DNA of 64,000 bases from a virus: positions 49,699 to 113,698 of IMG/VR virus record IMGVR_UViG_3300045988_135203. The stretch is one strand, 5' to 3'. The first letter of the stretch is position 1. Each line of letters starts with the position of its first letter. The position numbers and the translations under genes are program-made. The notes below the pieces were generated by a model. That model worked only from the letters and a program-made list of their open reading frames with translations, ran no database searches and was not told the DNA's origin. Positions 59,327 through 64,000 of this stretch are shown here, one piece after another.

Positions 59327-59749
59327 ATGTATCCTAATTACAATTATTACCCACCTCGCCAACAGCAACAAATGCAGCCGCAACAATCACAACCTCAAAT
59401 TCCTCCTTTTCTTAAAGGTAGACCAGTATCTTCATTAGAAGAGGTTAGAGCTATTCCAATAGACTTTGATGGTTCTGTTTTTTACTTCCCAGATATAGCC
59501 AATAGAAGAATATATACAAAACAAATTAATTTAGATGGGACAGCATTAATAAACATGTATGAATTCAAGCCTATTCCAGTAGCACAAGAATCTACTTCTA
59601 ATACAAATACAGATGCCTTTGTAACTAGAGAAGAATTTGAAGAAACAATGTCAAAAATTAAAGGAATGTTTGCGGCGATACCAGTGCAGAGTCCGCAACC
59701 GGCGCAAAAAGAAGTAACTAAGAAACCCGCAGAAATGCCAAAATTTTAA
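59327..59749 (+). CDS. Pro/Gln/Tyr-rich hypothetical protein (140 aa from ATG 59327)
   Basis: The track ORF begins at 59219 with no RBS. ATG 59327 has AGAAGG 8 nt upstream. N-terminus MYPNYNYYPPRQQQQMQPQQSQPQIPP is low-complexity. Confidence 0.4.
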   Translation: MYPNYNYYPPRQQQQMQPQQSQPQIPPFLKGRPVSSLEEVRAIPIDFDGSVFYFPDIANRRIYTKQINLDGTALINMYEFKPIPVAQESTSNTNTDAFVTREEFEETMSKIKGMFAAIPVQSPQPAQKEVTKKPAEMPKF

Positions 59750-59761
59750 GGAGGAAACCGC

Positions 59762-60007
59762 ATGAATAATATAAATCCTATGCAATTAATTCAGATGATT
59801 AAAGGCGGTCAAAATCCGCAACAACTTATGATGAGTATACTTGAACAACAAATGCAAAATACTCCAATGGGAGCTAATCTATTGTCTTTAGCAAAGCAAA
59901 ATAGAAGTGCAGATATTGAACAAATCGCCCGCAATATATGTAAACAAAGCGGAAAAGATTTTGATAAAGAATTTAATGCTTTCAAGCAAATGCTTGGGCT
60001 TAAATAA
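59762..60007 (+). CDS. small Gln-rich hypothetical protein (81 aa)
   Basis: RBS AAGGAGGAAACC. No recognisable domain. Confidence 0.45.
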   Translation: MNNINPMQLIQMIKGGQNPQQLMMSILEQQMQNTPMGANLLSLAKQNRSADIEQIARNICKQSGKDFDKEFNAFKQMLGLK

Positions 60008-60031
60008 TAAATTTTAAAGGAGGACATTAAT

Positions 60032-60802
60032 ATGTTCAATAATGCAGCTAGTGGCTATAGTTTAGCCGATATCGCAGCCGCTACAGGTTCTACCCGTAAT
60101 GATAATGGATGGGGCTTTGGTGGCGATGGAGGAGCTTGGTGGATTATCATACTTTTCCTTTTCTGTTTCGCAGGATGGGGAGGAAATGGAAATGGTCTAT
60201 TTGGAGGCGGTTCCACAGGTTCCGGAATTACTGATGGTTATATTTTAACATCAGATTTTGCCAACATTGAAAGAAAAATTGATAACGTAAATAATGGTAT
60301 TTGTGATGGATTTTATGCCATGAATACAGGCATGTTGAATGGATTTGCTGGTATTAATAATAATATTACACAGCAAACTATTGCAGATATGCAGAATACT
60401 AACGCTATTAATTCAGGTATTACCAATTTGGGTACTCAATTACAGCAATGTTGCTGCCAGACAAGATATGAAGACGCTCAAAACTTTGCTCAATTAAATT
60501 ATAATTTAGCAGACCAAGAATGTTCAACTCGTAGAGCTGTTTCTGATGCGACAAGAGATTTAATGGAAAATCAAAATGCTAATACTAGAAGTGTATTAAG
60601 CGCAATTCAAGAAATGCAAACACAGGCACTGCATGATAAGATTACTGAACTTACAGCTGTTAATTCTGACCTTAAATTCCAAGCTAGTCAGGCAGCTCAG
60701 AACAGTTATCTCATCAATGCACTTAATCCTTCACCTGTACCTGCATACACAGTTCCTAACCCTTATTCAAGTTATAGAAGCTGTGGATGTTCAACTTTAT
60801 GA
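60032..60802 (+). CDS. membrane protein with a Gly-zipper TM segment and a Q/N-rich, Cys-containing extracytoplasmic or cytoplasmic domain (256 aa)
   Basis: RBS AAAGGAGG. Has GAWWIIILFLFCFAGWGGNGNGLFGGG as a single TM helix plus Gly-rich flanks, a CCCQ triplet, and C-terminal SCGCSTL. Confidence 0.55.
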   Translation: MFNNAASGYSLADIAAATGSTRNDNGWGFGGDGGAWWIIILFLFCFAGWGGNGNGLFGGGSTGSGITDGYILTSDFANIERKIDNVNNGICDGFYAMNTGMLNGFAGINNNITQQTIADMQNTNAINSGITNLGTQLQQCCCQTRYEDAQNFAQLNYNLADQECSTRRAVSDATRDLMENQNANTRSVLSAIQEMQTQALHDKITELTAVNSDLKFQASQAAQNSYLINALNPSPVPAYTVPNPYSSYRSCGCSTL

Positions 60803-60871
60803 TTAATTAGCTTGACTACTAGGGAGCTGGCAGGCTCCCTAGATAGTTAAATTCCTGAAAGGAGACTATTT

Positions 60872-61294
60872 ATGGAACTAACTAGTAATGTAGTACAAAC
60901 TGTAAATGCAAATGATAATGTTGTATTTATTACAACAAGAATCCCTGGTAATTGTTCAGTTCTTCATACCGAGGGAAGTGGAAATATTAAAATGAGAGGC
61001 TTGTCTAATAACCAATGCCGCTCAAGATTCAAGGTAACTTTTACTGGTAATATTGCGGTTCCAACTGGAGGTACCGCAGGAGCTATTTCACTAACTATTA
61101 CTATAGATGGTGAAGCAGTCCGTACCGCACAAATGATTGTAACACCTGCCGCAGTAGAGCAATACTTTAATGTAGCTTCATGTGTATACATTGATGTACC
61201 TACTGGATGCTGCTCAACTGCAGGAGTAACCAATACTTCAACACAAGCGATTAACGTTCAAAACGCTAATCTTATAGTAGAAAGGGTGGCGTAA
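60872..61294 (+). CDS. small beta-rich protein (140 aa) with C1q/TNF-like (BclA-CTD/BxpB-like) character
   Basis: RBS AAAGGAGA. The sequence pattern (FKVTFTGNIAVP, ISLTITIDGEAV, YFNVASCVYIDVPTG, ANLIVERV) is reminiscent of the jelly-roll C-terminal domains of Bacillus exosporium proteins. Judged by eye only. Confidence 0.4.
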   Translation: MELTSNVVQTVNANDNVVFITTRIPGNCSVLHTEGSGNIKMRGLSNNQCRSRFKVTFTGNIAVPTGGTAGAISLTITIDGEAVRTAQMIVTPAAVEQYFNVASCVYIDVPTGCCSTAGVTNTSTQAINVQNANLIVERVA

Positions 61295-61295
61295 T

Positions 61296-61832
61296 ATGCA
61301 TAGACTATATGATATGAAAAATTGTTTAATTAGTGCTGCCCAATCTCAAATGGGAAATCTTCAAGATTGTAATGCTGAAGAGCTTGGTGAAGTAATTGAT
61401 ATGATAAAAGACCTTGAAGAAGCAATTTATTATTGTACAATTACAAAAGCTATGAACGAAAAAGAAGAAAATAATTCTTCTCAATATCGTATGTATTACA
61501 AGGAAAGAGGAGGACAAGATTATGATAATTCCTCTTCATATATTAACTATCCTAGAATTGATAAGTATAATGATAAAAGCAATGAACATTATCGAGAAAG
61601 AGAATTTCCTTTAGAGATGCGGGATGCACGCGAGGGTCGCAGTCCAGTGCGTCGTCGCATGTATATGGAATCTAAAGAACTTCATAAGGATAAAGTAACT
61701 GCAATGAAAGAACTTGAAGAGTATATGCAAGAATTAAGTTCTGACATTTGTGAAATGATTGAAGATGCTTCTCCAGAAGAGAAACAACTACTTCAAAAGA
61801 AAATTATTGCTTTATCAAATAAAATACAATGA
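61296..61832 (+). CDS. highly charged hypothetical protein (178 aa)
   Basis: Starts 1 nt after the previous stop (TAAT ATG). K/E/R/D-rich and coiled-coil-like. Confidence 0.5.
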   Translation: MHRLYDMKNCLISAAQSQMGNLQDCNAEELGEVIDMIKDLEEAIYYCTITKAMNEKEENNSSQYRMYYKERGGQDYDNSSSYINYPRIDKYNDKSNEHYREREFPLEMRDAREGRSPVRRRMYMESKELHKDKVTAMKELEEYMQELSSDICEMIEDASPEEKQLLQKKIIALSNKIQ

Positions 61833-62146
61833 TTAAAATAAATGGAGAAACCTGGAGAATATTCTTGGTTTCTCCTAATCATCCAATTCTATATACTAAT
61901 GGTTCTTATACACTTGGGGCTTGTGATAATGTTACTCATTCAATTTATATTAATGAAAACCTTAGTTCTCATAAAATGAAAAAAGTATTATGTCATGAGT
62001 TAACACATGCCGCAATGTTTAGTTATGAGGTAGAATTAACGTTAAAACAAGAAGAACTACTAGCAGATTTACTTGCTACTTATGGGCAAGAAATTATTAA
62101 TATGACAAATGAAATTTTTATTAAATTAAAGAGGAATATTTATTAG
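61829..62146 (+). CDS. small HExxH zinc-metallopeptidase-like protein (105 aa; SprT/ImmA-like motif)
   Basis: ATGA overlap with the upstream gene. The VLCHELTHAAMFSYE motif matches the HExxH plus downstream Glu arrangement of small SprT/ImmA-like Zn proteases. Confidence 0.5.
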   Translation: MIKINGETWRIFLVSPNHPILYTNGSYTLGACDNVTHSIYINENLSSHKMKKVLCHELTHAAMFSYEVELTLKQEELLADLLATYGQEIINMTNEIFIKLKRNIY

Positions 62147-62174
62147 CATGATTAATAAATATTCCTCTTTTTTC
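62128..62174. terminator. bidirectional terminator between convergent transcription units
   Basis: AAAGAGGAATATTTATTA / TAATAAATATTCCTCTTT, an 18-bp perfect inverted repeat, flanked by an A-run on one side and a T-run on the other. Lies between the plus-strand gene ending at 62146 and the minus-strand gene ending at 62177. Confidence 0.75.
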
Positions 62175-62176
62175 AT

Positions 62177-62605
62177 TTAATCGGTAATATGTTTTGCCTT
62201 TTGTACAACTAAAGCAAATAAACTATCACCATTATGATTGCCTTTTAAACCATTATAAGCATCATGGTCTTCAATACACTGTTGGTATTCTTCCAACGTT
62301 ATTTCGTGGTCTTCAGCTAATAATGCTTGGCATTCAGCTATAAATTCTTTCTTTTGCATTGAAAGAATTCCTTTTCTAAGAGCATCTAATTGCTTTTGCA
62401 ATTCTTGGTCGCCATCTCTTGATTCTTTTTCTATTACATCATATCGAGAAAACATATCTTTTTTGAGATTTTCATAAAATTTAGTACGTTCAATATTTTG
62501 TTCGTCTTCTCTCATCTTCATATATTTTTTGAAAAAGTACCCACCGCCTGCAATTATTAAGCCAAAACCAAATTCAACCCAATATTTAATTATAAAGTCT
62601 AACAT
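62177..62605 (-). CDS. hypothetical membrane-anchored protein (142 aa)
   Basis: N-terminal TM helix (VEFGFGLIIAGGGYFF) followed by a charged helical domain. RBS GGAGGAACACC upstream on the minus strand. Confidence 0.5.
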   Translation of the reverse strand: MLDFIIKYWVEFGFGLIIAGGGYFFKKYMKMREDEQNIERTKFYENLKKDMFSRYDVIEKESRDGDQELQKQLDALRKGILSMQKKEFIAECQALLAEDHEITLEEYQQCIEDHDAYNGLKGNHNGDSLFALVVQKAKHITD

Positions 62606-62666
62606 GGTGTTCCTCCTACCTTAATTCTCATATAAAATTAAAAAATAGGAGAGTCAAATTTATTTA

Positions 62667-63158
62667 TTAAGACCAATCAAACATTTCTGTTTCTTCTTCT
62701 TTTACAAAATAATGAGTTCCAATACATATTGCATCAGCTTCATCTTCTGTACATTTTAATCCATAAGTAGATTGAACATATGCTTGCGCGTTTTTCTTTT
62801 GCTCTGCTCTAACTTTACCTTTAATCTGTAAAGTAGAACGCCATTGTACAGCTAGAACTGAACTATTAGGTATTTTAATTTCTGTAAAATATTCACATAA
62901 AACTCCAATAACTTCTGCGAGTTTTTTAAATGTTAATACATTATTCCCGGCACCATTTTTTAATTGTATATCTTCAAAAATGACTTCGTCTACTTCATAT
63001 TTTTCAATTAATTCCTTAACCTTATTTTTAATATTCATTAATCTTTCACCAAAATCTTTATCAGTAAAAGTAAAATGTCCATAATCAAGAAGTTTGCCGT
63101 CTTCAAAAACGGCAAATCCTGATATTCGACTACTTTGGTCTAAAGCTAAAAGTTTCAT
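62667..63158 (-). CDS. RuvC-like Holliday junction resolvase (163 aa)
   Basis: N-terminal LALDQSSRISGFAV (catalytic Asp in the DxS context). Internal EVDEVIFEDIQ. C-terminal EDEADAICIGTHY acidic/His residues. All typical of the phage/Firmicute RuvC-family resolvase fold. Start overlaps the dUTPase stop (TAATG). Confidence 0.75.
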   Translation of the reverse strand: MKLLALDQSSRISGFAVFEDGKLLDYGHFTFTDKDFGERLMNIKNKVKELIEKYEVDEVIFEDIQLKNGAGNNVLTFKKLAEVIGVLCEYFTEIKIPNSSVLAVQWRSTLQIKGKVRAEQKKNAQAYVQSTYGLKCTEDEADAICIGTHYFVKEEETEMFDWS

Positions 63159-63727
63159 TATGTAGCAGGAATAAGAATTGGGGAAACGGCTACATCACTA
63201 GAACCAAAGCCGCCCTCTCTTAATCTATTGGTTTGAGTATCATCCGAAGTTTTATAATACTTTTTAACAATACCCTGTCCAATAATATCTCCTTTTTTAA
63301 TTTGAATAGGATAAGGACTTAAATTAATTAATTGAAAGAAAATTTCACCTTCATTAGCTTCACAGTTATAATAATCCGCATCAATAATACCAACACCATT
63401 AGCTAAAATAAGCCAATATTTAAGCGGAGTAGATGAACGAACTGAAAGCTCAAGGTATTTATCTGTTGGGAGTTTACATTTAACTCCAGTAGATACCAAA
63501 ATTGGTCTTGCTCCTGGTTTATCAGTCATTTTTTTCATTGCATTTAATGTAAGAATTGAATTTTCTGGATAACTATTTTTGCACATTTCTGTTATTGATT
63601 GATAATATGGTGGAATTACTACATCTTCTGCGGCAGCCATATCATAACCTGCGGCATTCATTGTTGCGCGTTCAGGCATCTTAATATCTTTATCTTTAAA
63701 TTTAGATACTTTTTCAAATTTAATCAT
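63158..63727 (-). CDS. dut: dUTP diphosphatase (trimeric dUTPase, 189 aa)
   Basis: The five dUTPase motifs are recognisable: AAGYDM, PILVSTGVK, RSS, GVGIIDADYY and REGGFGSSD. Confidence 0.85.
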   Translation of the reverse strand: MIKFEKVSKFKDKDIKMPERATMNAAGYDMAAAEDVVIPPYYQSITEMCKNSYPENSILTLNAMKKMTDKPGARPILVSTGVKCKLPTDKYLELSVRSSTPLKYWLILANGVGIIDADYYNCEANEGEIFFQLINLSPYPIQIKKGDIIGQGIVKKYYKTSDDTQTNRLREGGFGSSDVAVSPILIPAT

Positions 63728-63964
63728 TTATTCTACCTCGTAACTAATCAAAACTGACTGGTCAGGTTCTTTTTCATCTGTAAAAGTTTTTGTTAAAGTT
63801 ACTCTATACCATTCATCAATAACTTCACCCTTAGACTTTCTTTCTTTATGAACACAGCTATATTTTGATAAATTACCTTCCTGCTTTGCCTCTTCTAGTA
63901 GAGTATTTGCTTCACTTTCTGAGTCCAATCTATAAACTTCTGTTGTTCCAAGTAAATATTTCAT
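63728..63964 (-). CDS. small hypothetical protein (78 aa)
   Basis: RBS AAGGAGAAAATAA upstream on the minus strand. Starts right after the dUTPase gene in the same operon. No recognised domain. Confidence 0.5.
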   Translation of the reverse strand: MKYLLGTTEVYRLDSESEANTLLEEAKQEGNLSKYSCVHKERKSKGEVIDEWYRVTLTKTFTDEKEPDQSVLISYEVE

Positions 63965-64000
63965 TTATTTTCTCCTTTACTCATTAACTTTTATTTCTAC

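Noticed and set aside
1-64000. CRISPR arrays, tRNA genes, integrase/attachment sites, IS elements
   Set aside because: No regularly spaced direct repeats. No tRNA-like cloverleaf or T-loop (GTTCGAATC-like) motifs in the intergenic regions. No recombinase or transposase ORF. The window is a contiguous phage structural block.

Overview
The window is almost entirely the late (virion morphogenesis) gene array of a large tailed phage or prophage from a low-GC Gram-positive host. Evidence for the host: about 30-33% GC, and AAAGGAGG-type ribosome binding sites at nearly every start. Genes on the plus strand, in order, are as follows. (1) A capsid-like gene followed by a strong terminator. (2) Six neck or connector-sized genes. 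(3) A putative major tail protein, a 491-aa protein and an acidic chaperone-like protein. (4) A 3148-aa tape measure protein with a recognisable TP901/PhageMin_Tail-type core. (5) About 40 kb of baseplate, fibre and receptor-binding genes. These include proteins of 2152, 912, 856, 1794, 303, 530, 2627, 721, 196 and 1362 aa, then three tandem paralogous fibres with C-terminal S74-type intramolecular chaperone domains. (6) A Holin_LLH-like gene. (7) A cluster of odd small proteins: a P/Q-rich protein, a Gly-zipper membrane protein, a C1q/TNF-like beta protein and an HExxH mini-metalloprotease. On the minus strand, converging at a bidirectional terminator near 62.15 kb, are a membrane protein, a RuvC-like resolvase, a dUTPase and a small hypothetical protein. 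No rRNA, tRNA, CRISPR array, integrase or reverse transcriptase is visible. No recognisable endolysin lies next to the holin. The most unusual features are the extreme TMP length, the expanded and highly modular host-recognition apparatus (LamG, BspA-type LRR, beta-helix repeats, three S74 fibres), and the uncharacterised small-protein cluster after the holin. All functional calls come from reading the translations and from remembered family motifs, not from database searches.
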